Source of the DNA: Octopus vulgaris
Taxonomy: Eukaryota
DNA length: 64,000 nucleotides
NCBI GenBank assembly: GCA_951406725.2
Contig: OX597826.1
Location: 72,850,001-72,914,000, forward strand
Direction: 5' to 3'
Shown here: piece after piece, positions 1 through 12,575 of the stretch
How positions within the stretch are numbered: the first letter of the stretch is position 1
How the letters are laid out: each line of letters starts with the position of its first letter
Program-made: the position numbers and the translations under genes
The notes under the pieces: model-generated
Told to the model about the DNA's origin: nothing
Database searches by the model: none
What the model saw: only the letters and a program-made list of their open reading frames with translations

Positions 1-2430
1 AAAAGCGTGACAAAAAAAAAAGCTACTGCTGAACACGGCAGAACTGACCAAGACCTCGGACAACATGACGATACATTTAATATATCCCCCACCATCACCA
101 AAGAACGTTGGCTGATGTTATTTCTATGTAAACTGTGTAATTTCGTACACACACACAATAGCTTCGGCAGTTTGAAATAATATTGAATTCTGTCTTTAAG
201 AGTTAATCTTTTGAGACAAGGTCAAACAGGATGGGAGGTAAATCTTGCGGAAACAAAGAACCGACAGCTTTTTTCCATTTTATTAGAATTTAGTTTTTGC
301 CATATCACAGATGACAACGTTTAGTAATTTTTTTTTAAAAAACCATATGCAACTGCATAAGGAAAATATCTTTTTTTTTAAAGGAAATTTTTTCTTTTAA
401 ATTGCGAATGCGAGGAATCAACCTCATCGATCATGTTCTCCGTGTGATAGTTTAATTATCAACTCTCTTAAAACGACAATCTATTTAATTTAAAGTTGCC
501 GTTAAGTCAATGAATGCTCCAGCATGGCAAAAACACAGACTGATATAACGACACTAAAAGAAATAGGTTCAAACCAGATGCTGACCTGAATATACATAAT
601 TATTTACAAGAACATGATAACAGAACAATATCTTTAATGAGGTCAACTTAATATAAATTTAGAAATCACAGCTTTTTCATAACAACAAAAAATTAACCAG
701 AAGACTTCTAGCCACAAACAATGAACTAAATATTATAAAACACAACACACACGAAGACATATCCGTTTCAGGAAAAACAATCAAATTCGTAGCAAAAAAA
801 AAATAATAATAATAATAAACCCCATGGTAAATAACTGATCATGTTCCGTGAGGTTTTATGTTTCTAGAAACATTGTCTTCTAAAATCAGATACGATCTCA
901 AATTATTTTTTCTTGAGGTGTGTCATAAACCTAGAAACATTTTAACAAGTGGTTGATACATAGCAATATAGTTAGTAATAAAATGATTTTAAACTTTGCT
1001 TCTTCAAGGCCACATATTCTGAGGAGGTAGATGACAGTTGGTGGTGACATCGCCTCCCAATACTGCACAAGTATTTACTTTATCGATCTCGAACAGTGGC
1101 AAAGTTAAACCAGACGGGACAGAAACTAATGCTGTAGAGAGACGTGGATATCACATGGGATTATAACTAAAGCATGGCAGAAAAAAGGAAATACTTGAAG
1201 TTAAAGGTGTGGAACAGAGTTATTCATTTGTCCTCACCATATTTTTACGTTAAACACGAAACTTCAAAGATGTTATGACGTTTACACACTATTACTTATT
1301 GCTCAAATGAGTCTTAAAGTGGACGTATAATTAATTGAACAGATCCTATTGTATCATGCGGAATCTGTTATGTAATATTTTTCTGGGGTTTATTTTCCAT
1401 ATTTAATAAAAGAATGCTTTCGATGACTGAGATCAAGTGTAGTAGGACCCAGAAACAAAGCATTCAACTACTTTATTGTACATCTTTAGGAATGCTATAT
1501 TACCCTATAGAGACGGTGTGGGGAATTTAATGTTGCTAAACCATGCTTTCTTTTTATCGAGAATAATGACTTAAAATGAACCAGTACCAATCGGGAATCG
1601 AAACCAGAACACGGATTACTGCCATACAGATTGTGATTAAAAAGCTCCTTACTCTTCAGATGGATGTTTATCTAGAGCAATAAAAAAAAATGTGTTTGAA
1701 CACTTTTCATGTTCAGTTCGAATATTTAGAATAAAGATTAATTAAATGGCAAAATTTATTCTTAATTTTTTTCTAAAATCTAAAAAAAAAAATTAGATAC
1801 TTGAATGATTCTTTGTACAAGAAGATGTGTCTGGTTTGAAAGAAAATATCAAGACAGATCTTCCTTACATATAAATGAGAATATGTGATGTTTATACCCT
1901 TTTTTTTTTTAAAGATGTAATGAACAGCATTAAAAGCGAAATGGCTTTAACCGGGGAATCGAAACCGGGTGGTTGGGGCGGGACTGGTCTCGCCGGAAGC
2001 GAACATCTTTACATGAGAACCAGCTTAAGTCAAGGATGAATGAAACCACACACAATACATATATATATATATATACAAATACGTAAATATCCAAACACGT
2101 ATATATATATTATATACATATAACCATAGGTAATATATACGGAAAGGTAAAAAGACAGACAGATATAACCATATATACACACTCTACATATTTCATAACG
2201 CTTTATATTATGTAACCGAGAGGTTTCTTCTTCTTCGATATCGTTACTTTCCTGTACTTTATGAATAAATATAACGTTGGTATGTGTTCGTTGTTTCGTT
2301 CTACCAGCAGCTAATTCGATATTGAGGTATTTTGTGAGCAAAAAAGAGGACAAAACGAAGAAGACAGTTGGTCGGGGTAAAACGCGTGGTAAGAACAAAA
2401 TGACCAGAAGACAAACAAGGATGGACTTAC

Positions 2431-2508
2431 CTTTCGCCTATCATATGGTTTGGACGACGTATAGGATCGCTTAGATCGAATTTTGCCTCCAATATCTCTG
2501 TTGGCCAT
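2431..2508 (-). CDS. NUP153: Nucleoporin Nup153 orthologue, first coding exon (rest of gene lies left of the window)
   Basis: Encodes MANRDIGGKIRSKRSYTSSKPYDRRK, followed by a perfect AAG|GTAAGT donor (phase 0). GGKIRxxR...KPY matches the conserved N-terminus of metazoan Nup153 as recalled (human GGGKIRTRRCHQGPIKPY). No second exon was recognised in 1-2430. Confidence 0.75.
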
Positions 2509-2559
2509 TTAAAAACAATCATTAACTATTACTAATCAGGAAAAACTAAGGTAAATAGG

Positions 2560-2700
2560 ACATAAAAGCTCGCAGGAATGGAACAGTGTCACTCCACGCT
2601 TTCAACTCACTAAATATGGCGGTAATACAAACTAAATTCCCATTGGTCAATTTGCTAATCATGTGACACATTCCAGCTCGCGGTCATCTCCCCTTTCACA
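2560..2700 (-). promoter_or_regulatory. Housekeeping-type promoter of the Nup153-like gene
   Basis: CpG-containing unique segment just upstream of the ATG, with a YY1-type motif AATATGGCGG (2613-2622), a CCAAT box on the minus strand (about 2642-2646) and an E-box TCATGTGAC (about 2659-2667). Confidence 0.55.
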
Positions 2701-3275
2701 AGAAGAAGAAAGTCAAGGCTGCTGTCTCAGCTGTCTCATCTTCATTGCTTCTCTTAATTTCCCTCCAGTTTTTTTTCTCCTTTTCTCTCTGTTTTCTGTT
2801 TCTCCATCATGCATTTAGAAATTGATACATTTATTGGTAAACTTTCTCTTAAGTTCCTACTACGCCGTTGTTAGAACAATTCCCCACATTTCGAACAAAT
2901 GTACATGTTATATATATATATATCCCAATTTAATTTATTTATTCCTATGAAGAAAAAAAAATTTCATATGGAATTTTGATGTGTCTCAGGACAACGACCT
3001 GATCTACCTAAGAAATGACTCTTGTCTAACCGTGGGCTTAATTTCACAGCGAGATTGAATGTATCTTTATTAAATATACGACAATGCTCTTTTATGTACA
3101 TATTTTAATTCATAACCCACGCTGTTTAGGTATAATAATATATGTATGCGTACCTATTTCCAGCGCAGGGCATTTGCCGTATCTTAAATATTGACATAAG
3201 CTTCTTTTGTGTTTTTTCTTTCAATACAATGGTCTATGTTTAATTACATTTTTGGTAAGTTTTAACTATTACACT

Positions 3276-3316
<41 letters not shown>

Positions 3317-3452
3317 TAGGTGATCTTTAGCTTTAGGCGCAATATACTCATATAGTGAGTTCTATTTCTCCTTTTCTACTAAATATACATATATGTGTGT
3401 AAGGATATATGCATATACGGATGTTTGTGTAAATAGAATACACTACCCACGC

Positions 3453-3490
<38 letters not shown>

Positions 3491-3799
3491 AAAGAAGCAT
3501 CCAATTAACGAAAATCCGTTTTGGTATGAATACTTAGGTATGCTTTTCATCAAATAGCATTTCAACAAAAGGTCTGTCAACCATCTCACCTCTCCACGTA
3601 CACGCGTGTGTATGTACAAATATATATATGTACGCTAGTGTATATTTGCACGCGTGTGTGTGTATATGTGTATATAATTTTTAATCGGTAAAATTTATAA
3701 AAGTGACGTAAAGAGCCGAAAGTTTCATACATGGCATTTATCAAGTTTGGTAAAGTGTCATACACGAAACTCGGTTTTTAGTCATTTTTTAATACTAAC

Positions 3800-3879
<80 letters not shown>

Positions 3880-4239
3880 GGATGTTTGTGTAAATAGAAT
3901 ACACTACCCACGCATATTTCTTTTAGACAAAGGGAATTTGATTTATTGTGGAAATTTGAAGGTTCACTGCTTCACAAGGATCTGAGTCTGAAATGAAATT
4001 CCTGGTCGCTATAAGACATCGAACATTCCAGTTCATCATCATCACACCACTAGCAACATCATCATAATAATTTAACGTCTATTTTTCAAACTGGCATGGG
4101 TTGGAGGGTTTGAGAGGTACTAGTGAGCTAAAGGCTGTATCGTTCGCCATACCAACTTTAGCAGTGTGTCACGGGTTTGCGGTTCGCAAGTAATTTGCAA
4201 AGCAAGAAAGAACAAGAGAAGGCCAAACTGCCTATTGGA

Positions 4240-5257
4240 TCGATGGCTTTGGTCTCCGTTCTGCAGTGAACATAGCTCTGCCGGCATACCTGTCTTCGGT
4301 CTCCTCCAGACGCAGTCTCATTTGCGAGATACTCCATGGGATGGCCGAACCAGATGTGGCCCAGGAACTAGAGTCAGCTCTAGCTAATTGGATTGCTGAT
4401 GGGCTTGCTTTCCCCCAGAATACGCTGTCTACCGCAACTGGGGTGACATCAGATGCAAGTCCATGTTCGAGCGGCTAGAGATCACAAGACCAGCACCGCC
4501 TCGCAGGCAAATAGCGGCGTATGACTTAATTCGGTGCCTTCTTCATCCACTGGCACCCTTCTAGATGGTAAGTGCATCCGTATCAGAGTGGCCCAATGCC
4601 TCAGACCCTGTGTGTGTAAGCCTCACACATGTCGCTGCGGAGCGGTAGTAGACGAATTCGGCCTGCAGCCTTAGCGCGGGCCGATTCTCCGGACACACCG
4701 CTCTGAAGGACATAATCAAGAGACTTGACGCGGTTAGCTTTCCGTCCGAACTTGAGCCAGCAGGACTCGACCACGGGAATGGTAAGCGTCTCGACGGAAT
4801 GCCCCTCTTCTCATTCAAGGGAGGCGGATATCTAGCCTGCGATGCGACGTGTAGCGATACTCTCCGGCTCCAAACCTTGCAGCATCGGCTGCAAACTCGG
4901 GTGACGCTGCCCGTAACGCGGAGGAAAGAAACATCAATCAATACTGGAGCCTGGCTAGCCGCTATCTGTTTGTGCATGTCGCCGTCGAGATGTCAGATTC
5001 TCCAGGACCCCGAACTACCGATTCCCTTCGCAAAATAAGGATAACGGCAGTCCGTTGAAGAAATGAGTTCCGCGAAGTGGAATGACTACTTCAGCGAGTG
5101 TCGCTAGCCATTCTTCACTCTCATAACGGCGAGCACACCATTTCTTCTGAGGGATGTGACCCATCGCACCCTTCCCCGCCATCTGCTGATAACCTCCTAC
5201 CTTTCTTCTTTTCTTTTCTCTTGTTTCGTTGTATTTAAATGTTATAAATAAAATATT
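4240..5257 (+). mobile_element. 3' fragment of a decayed CRE-clade (restriction-like endonuclease) non-LTR retrotransposon
   Basis: GC-rich island. Stitched frames give GFGLRSAVNIALPAYLSS...NSGV*LNSVPSSSTGTLLD...CVCKPHTCRCGAVVDEFG...SAGRFSGHTALKDIIKR...LEPAGLDHGNGKRLDGMPLFSFKGGGYLACDATCSDT...YLFVHVAVE...LLQRVSLAI. This is the post-RT, zinc-knuckle and PD-(D/E)xK RLE region typical of metazoan CRE elements. It contains stops and frameshifts and ends near AATAAA at about 5247. Confidence 0.8.
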
Positions 5258-5289
5258 ACTCGCAGACGTAGTTTTGCCGCCAAAAATTT

Positions 5290-5479
5290 TGTTCCGGTCA
5301 TTAGACTGTGGTTATGCTGGAGCACCACCTTGAAGAATCTTTCGACGAATAAATTGACCCAAAAGCGCGGTACTTATTCTATCGGTCTCTCTTTACCGAA
5401 CCGCTCAGGCACGGAGACGTAAACACACAAATACAAGTTGTGAAGCAGTTGTGGGTGACAAATACAGTAAGAAACACAC

Positions 5480-5531
<52 letters not shown>

Positions 5532-5541
5532 TATATATATA

Positions 5542-5587
<46 letters not shown>

Positions 5588-5716
5588 CGTGTGTACAATG
5601 GGCTTCTTTCAGTTTCCGTCTACCAGATCCACTCACAAGACTTTGGCCGGCCCGAGGCTATAGTAGGTAGAAGACACTTGCTCGAGGTGCTTCGCAGTGG
5701 GACTGAACCCGCAACC
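5290..5716 (-). mobile_element. SINE family A copy (tRNA-derived, internal TA/TG microsatellite), diverged
   Basis: Reverse-complement similarity to the full copy at 25186-25590. Boundaries approximate. Confidence 0.8.
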
Positions 5717-7025
5717 ATAGGTATGCAAATACTCCAGTCACTACAACTAAACCAGTATCTCTATTCCTAACACTAACACACTTCCGCCAACACCACCAAC
5801 CCCGTTACAATCGTTCATCCTCAACGCGTGTGTGTGTGTGTATGAATATGCTCTAGCGTAGCTAGGGGTTGGTAGGGGTGGTCCTCCCCGGGCGACACTT
5901 TTCATCCTGTTGTAGGCAATACGTGTTTTTTGTGGGGTCTAGGGACGGCAAACGGAAGGGCCGTCCCGGGCGGAACAGAATTGTATATATAATAAAAAAG
6001 AAAAGGGAGAATTCTTTCATTTAATGAAAGAATTCTCCCTTTTCCTTTTTTTTAATTTTTATATACAATTATGCATCTTAAACTTCTGGCTATGTATGTA
6101 TGTGATTATAAATGCTTATATGCATATGGACGTGTATATATATGTACAGACAAGTTTGTATATTTTTCTATATATATTTTATATATATATGTGTATGCAT
6201 ATATGTGTGGTTCTATATGTGGGTATGCATGTGTATGTGTATATATGTGTGCGTACATATATATGTTCATGTGTGTGTGTGTACATGTATGTATGTATGT
6301 GCATGTATATTTGTATATCTATGTGTGTGTGTGTATGTACACATTGATATGTGTTTAGGTTTATATATATGTATATCAAGCATTGAATGGTCAGCCACCT
6401 GTTCTTTTAGAAACCCAAGGGAGTGCCAAGTAAAGAATGGACACAATATTTTCTTTATATTTTTATATTTTATTTTTTCCCCCTTTCTTTCTCATTTCCA
6501 AGAACACACAGTACATGTATGTATGGATGTTTATGAAAATGTACACACACAATAGGTTCCTCCATATGTGTGTATATATATATGTGAGTGTATGTGGATA
6601 TATATATATATATATATGTGTTTAATATGTGATATATGTGTGGCTGTATATACTATTGAAAAACAAATCTATGTTTCCATTTCTTACAAGGGTCATCCAA
6701 AAAAAGAAAAAAGAGAAAAATACAGTTTTAAAACACACACCCATATTCTCTCTCTTCCACCTCCATCCCTCTAGCTCCCTATCATTCCCCCCCTCTCTCT
6801 CTCTCTTTCACTTTCTCCCTCTGTCTATTCCCCATTATACACACACACACACACACTCTCTCTCTCCCAACTTTATTTACCAATAATATAAATACAGGCA
6901 AAACTGACATTTCTGATGAAACTATAGGAGCGTTGAAATAATATGAAGAAATAATATGTGATATGTAAATAAATATATATTTTTACAACCATCCAGCATT
7001 CTGAACACCTTCTTTCTTTCATATG

Positions 7026-7061
<36 letters not shown>

Positions 7062-7069
7062 ATATATAA

Positions 7070-7108
<39 letters not shown>

Positions 7109-7563
7109 AGTTGATCCAAACATGAAAACACAAAGAGAAAACACAACAACGCAAGGACGTGGAACAAGTATAGTGTTATTGGACGATATATATATACGTA
7201 TATATGTTGCTGTGGCTGCTAGTCTGTGTGGTGATTACTCCAGTGTATGAAGCTACAGACCAAGCTATTTAAAACATTCTTTAAAAGGTGATATGTATCG
7301 ATATTGAGAGTTGATTCCACAGAGATCAGTTGATGGAAAACCTGATTGCTGTGAGATTAAGGGTAATAAGTAGGTTATCTCCCTTCCACCATTTATAACT
7401 CAGAACAACTTTCGCTGAGTAATCGTGTCGGCATGTTTTTCCTTGTGAATTTTATGTGAGCTGGGTTAAGAATGACTAATTAGTATTAATGGTAAATCCA
7501 GAACGTGTAGCTACTTATCTACACCGCGGGGGTCACAGCTCCGGTACTACATACAGACATCTG

Positions 7564-7661
7564 GGCGAGAATAAAGAATACATACACCCGGTGTTTAGGG
7601 TTTAGAGTTAGGGTTTTTGTTAGGCCGAAAACGGGTGGTGTACGTATTCTTTGCCTCCGCC
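7564..7661. mobile_element. 98-bp MITE with 8-bp target-site duplication, Merlin-like
   Basis: GACATCTG direct repeats at 7556-7563 and 7662-7669. Imperfect 25-bp TIRs begin GGCG (GGCGAGAATAAAGAATACATACACC / GGCGGAGGCAAAGAATACGTACACC). The interior holds degenerate TTAGGG units. Confidence 0.65.
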
Positions 7662-9554
7662 GACATCTGATTAGAATGCCGCTGGATAATAATCGCCCGA
7701 TTCTTCAAGCCAAGTCAACAGGCAAAAGATTTAGGGATAGACCACGAGGGCTGGATTAATATCCATAGTTTTGGTTGGTTACATTCGGGAATTCAACAGG
7801 AAAGTGTAATGACGGTTGCTTCTGGTAGGAAGGACCCTATGGAAAGGTGCTCGAGGACTCTACCCTTACAACCTTCCCAGGAATCGTGAACAGAGAAAAT
7901 GGATGGATGTGATATGCTAATAATATCCGTATACAATAATAAATGACTTTAGCATCCCGTAAGCGCTTCGTTTCCCACTATCAGATAATGCTTGTGAGGG
8001 TGTCTGGTTTTCTATCGCCCCAGCCAAGCTGTGAGTATTTTTGGGTAGCCTCAAAGACTTTTAGAGGAAGTAATCCTTCGTTTTACGTATCCAAAACGTA
8101 AAAAAAAAACAAAAATGGCAATAATCACCGTTAGATGATGACTAAAACCCAGTAATTAAATTAAAATGGAAGAATTTTTTTTCCCTTTCAAATTGAAAAG
8201 TTTATTATGAATTTGTGCATAGAAGAAATAAATGGCTGAAACCTTTTAACAGCACAAGCGTCTGTGAGGAGCACGGCGGACTTAATTATAATTAAAAGTA
8301 ATGATGTAATTGAGAGATATTCTGCACCATAACGTCGGATATTGAAAGTACAATTAATTTTCTTGCATCGTTGGGGTTTATTTAATTCAGAGGTTAGCTG
8401 ACCAATGCGTTTAGTGCATTGCCAGCCATGATCAGATCAAAAAGCTCAGAAGTTAGGTATTGTGTATGCTGCAAATATTTCTGAAGCATCAGACAAAATT
8501 CCTTTTTTCTCTGGGTTTCATATCTGTCCTGTAGAGCCAGTGCGTGTGTTTGTAAGCACACGTTGATATTCATGAATTAACCGCAGCCGCCTCCGTCACT
8601 ACCACCACGATACAGAATTCATTCAGTTTTTTCCCCCATGCTCTCACTCTCTCTCTCTCTATCTCATACACACTCTCTCGCACTGTTCCTTCTCATATCT
8701 CCGTCTATCTCACACTCTTTTTTTTTCATACATACACCCACATCGCTCTCTCACCTCTCTCATGCACACACTCTTTCTTATGTCTTCTCTTTCTCTTCTT
8801 TTTGTTCATGATTTGTTGACTTTACTGCTATTGTTGTTGTTTGACACACAATAATTAAAGGTATTCCAGTCGTGACCAGCCACCTCTGTATCTAGGACTA
8901 TGTTATACCATAATATGTCCTTCCTCTCCCTAAGAATGCAATTTGGGGGTACTATTTCTAACAAGTCAAGCGACCACGAACTCACCCCAGTTGATGAATA
9001 AGTGACAGCAACCAACACCAACAACACCGTCTCATCCTGCTAGAAATAGCAGCCAAATCACAACTTTGTCTTAGAAATAGATGTACCTGAATGAAAAAGG
9101 CGGGTGGACTTTTGATCATACAGAAGTCTCTCTGCTCAATTAATACCACCACAAACACCACCACCTACCTGCACAGTCGTATCCCCAACTGGTTTTATTT
9201 CCTCATAACTTTCAGCAAAATGGATAAGTTTTAATGAAATTTTCAACAAATATCTTTCAGATTTAGTAGATTACCATTATAAGAGAATTTATTGTGAAAT
9301 ATATATATTTTTTTACAGAGAACGAGGAGATGAGTTTCAGATAATTCACCAGTCGACTTTGTTCCCTCATAACTTTCAGAAAAATGGATATTTTTCAATG
9401 AAATTTTCAACAAATACCTTTCAGATGGTTTAGATTTGATTTTTTTAAAGATGGTTTATCTGAATTTAACGTGAAAAAAAAAATGGAATTGGTGGGTGTG
9501 CAAATGTAAGTTCGTAAGAGCATCAGCGGTTGACACTATTTTCACATATAGGGG

Positions 9555-9900
9555 ACACGCACGCACACACATGCACACAAACACCAGACGCACGCACAAC
9601 ACACACACGCACACAGACGCAAACACACACACACTCTGACGCACGCACAGCACACAAACACACACACACACACACACACAGACGCATGCACATACACACA
9701 TGCACACTCACACGCACGCACTGACAGACACACAAACACACACACATTGATGCACGCACAACACACAAACACATACACACAGGCGCGCACACGCATGCAC
9801 ACAAACAACACATACACACAGAGACGCACGCACAGACACACACACACACACACACACATAGATGCACGCACATACACAAATGCACGTTCACAAACGCACA
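9555..9900. repeat. Degenerate (CA)n-rich compound microsatellite
   Basis: Seen directly. Confidence 0.9.
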
Positions 9901-10107
9901 TTTAATTATGTTGTCCAACTAGAAGAGCAACAATAAACATTGCATATGTTCATCATCACCATCATCATCACCACCATCATCACCACCATGATAAGATAAC
10001 TAAGAAAATTGGTCCGTTGATGTTGGATCGTCCGTCGTTCGGCCGACTTACCTGCACGCCATAAGGACTTGCTCGATAAGACCTACCTTGTGGGGCTTAC
10101 ACAACAG

Positions 10108-10370
10108 CATCATCATCGTCATCATCATCATCATCACCATTGTCATCATTGTCATCATCATCGTTATCGTCGTCGTCGTCGTCGTCATCATCATCATCAT
10201 CATCGTCATCATCATCATCATTGTCATCATCATCGTCATCGTCGTCATCATCACCATCCCCACCACCAATATCATTATTAGCATCTTCGTCATCGTCGTC
10301 GTCACCACCACCATCGTCATGATCGAACCATCACCATCATCACCATCACCATCAACAGCAACAACAGCAA
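10108..10370. repeat. (CAT/CGT/CAC)n trinucleotide microsatellite
   Basis: Seen directly. Source of the poly-H, poly-S, poly-I and poly-M ORFs. Confidence 0.95.
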
Positions 10371-10419
10371 CGAAAGTCACAAAAGGTTTGACAAGACAGG
10401 TGAGAGAAAATTGTGCAGC

Positions 10420-10520
10420 ACAGCGAGTGTTCGGTTAGCACTCAGCATTTTACCTGGGTGGGGGATTGAGAGCAGTAACAAGCCCCCATGGTAACAACAG
10501 GTGGGTGGTTAGCACACAAA
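10420..10520 (+). promoter_or_regulatory. Candidate promoter of the C8orf89-like gene with an RFX X-box-like site
   Basis: CpG-enriched unique segment with CCATGGTAAC at about 10486-10495, immediately upstream of caaaATG (10521). Confidence 0.4.
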
Positions 10521-10669
10521 ATGTTGCCCCACAATCGTCTAGAAGAAGTCGGGTTCGAACGACAGAAGAGCTGGGTTGGTTTTACCCGTCGTTTGACGAA
10601 ATCAAACAATATCAACAATTGTGGTTTCTCGTCTGATTCAACATGGAGCCAAAGTGATTTCCCTCAACG
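10521..10669 (+). CDS. C8orf89-like protein, candidate exon 1
   Basis: caaaATG start, MLPHNRLEEVGFERQKSWVGFTRRLTKSNNINNCGFSSDSTWSQSDFPQ, then a strong CG|GTAAGT donor in phase 2, compatible with the downstream exons. CGFSSDSTW weakly resembles the C8orf89 N-terminal CLIFESSW as recalled. Confidence 0.5.
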
Positions 10670-10877
10670 GTAAGTGGACAAAATGTTTGTGTGTGTGTGT
10701 AAAGCGCGAAACTGTTAGGAGATTCTGGACATCGACTGAAGAAGATATCGGCTGCGAATGGTCCGTGTATCTTGTCCAGTTTCCCTTTAATGTTATCGTC
10801 TAGTTTTCTGTGTTTTTTTCGTTGGATTTATGCTTGCCCTGTTCTTTCCTTGGTGTGTTCTTCCTTTTCAACACTTG

Positions 10878-10971
<94 letters not shown>

Positions 10972-11040
10972 TGTATGTATATATGTATGTATGTATGTGT
11001 GTGTGTATGCGGTATAATTGTCATTATTATCTGTATCTGA

Positions 11041-11082
<42 letters not shown>

Positions 11083-11088
11083 TTATAC

Positions 11089-11157
<69 letters not shown>

Positions 11158-12024
11158 GATCTATCTATCTAGCTATCTGTGTGTATGCGTGTGTGTATCT
11201 GTCTGTCTATGTATGTATGTATGTATGTATGTATGTGTCTTGGGTGTCACATACGTAGCCCGGAAGGAGAGGGATCGAAAGATTCGAACCCTCTCCGGTT
11301 ACCTGTATATGGTTTTTCAAAAATATGTCTGCCTGAGTATATGTATGTTTATGAAGATAGTTTCCGCAATCATTGGACCCCCCAAATCCCATCCATTCTA
11401 TTGCGTAGCATTTAAAGCACTTTTTTTTCCGTATGGGGTCGAATCAAGGCTATGTGAGTGAAATTGTATGGGGGTAACTTATGGAAGCTGATCAGAGAAA
11501 CTCTATACGTAATGCAAAGGTCCAGGCTTGCCACACTATGTCATGTTGCATGTGTTTGAGATATACGTTAAGGATCCAAGTATATGTGGAATATTCGGCC
11601 ACTTACAAGATAATTTAATAAGTGGGAAGTTCAGTCGATCGAACAGCTGGAATACTCATCGTCGAAACAGACGGAAATCCATTTATTTTTCTACTCTGTA
11701 TATATGTGAGGAAAATATTTTGACTGAATATCTGTCTGAGTTGGATGTTTTTATATTTAAAAATGAAAGAGAAGAGAAGAGAGAGAAAGAATAGGTTTGT
11801 TACATGTTGTTACATGTCGTCTGCCTTTGTCTGTGTGTGTAAGTGCTTTTGTTTTATTACAGCAGGTTGATAATAGGAAAAAAAAAAAGTGCTTGCGCAC
11901 ACACATACTCACATGCACACACGCACGCACGTATGCACACACACACACACACACACACACAGAAGCGTTACTTTTTTTTTATCTATAGATCAACACTGAC
12001 AGCAATGACCTGGTTTTGCATAAT

Positions 12025-12026
<2 letters not shown>

Positions 12027-12079
<53 letters not shown>

Positions 12080-12087
12080 TGTATATC

Positions 12088-12120
<33 letters not shown>

Positions 12121-12201
12121 CCATACATATATATATATATATATATCCATACATATATGTATATCCATACATATATATATATCCATATATATATATATAT
12201 C

Positions 12202-12252
<51 letters not shown>

Positions 12253-12346
12253 CCATACATATATATATATATCCATACATATATATATATATATATACAT
12301 ATATATCTATATCCATACATATATATATATATCCATATATATATAT

Positions 12347-12419
<73 letters not shown>

Positions 12420-12427
12420 ATACATAC

Positions 12428-12471
<44 letters not shown>

Positions 12472-12510
12472 GCATGTATGTACATATGTATGTGTATGTA
12501 TATATATATT
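12027..12510. repeat. Compound (TA)n array with a recurring CCATACA spacer
   Basis: Seen directly. Confidence 0.95.
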
Positions 12511-12575
12511 GTACCAGAAAGGGAGGAATTTCGATTATCCCTATGTGGTGAATTGTTTTGCAAAAAATAAATATT

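Noticed and set aside
7594-7625. True telomere or chromosome-fusion scar
   Set aside because: Only a few degenerate units, enclosed in a TIR/TSD-bounded element.
10048-10438. Poly-His, poly-Ser and poly-Met ORFs
   Set aside because: A (CAT)n microsatellite open in several frames, with no splice or domain support.
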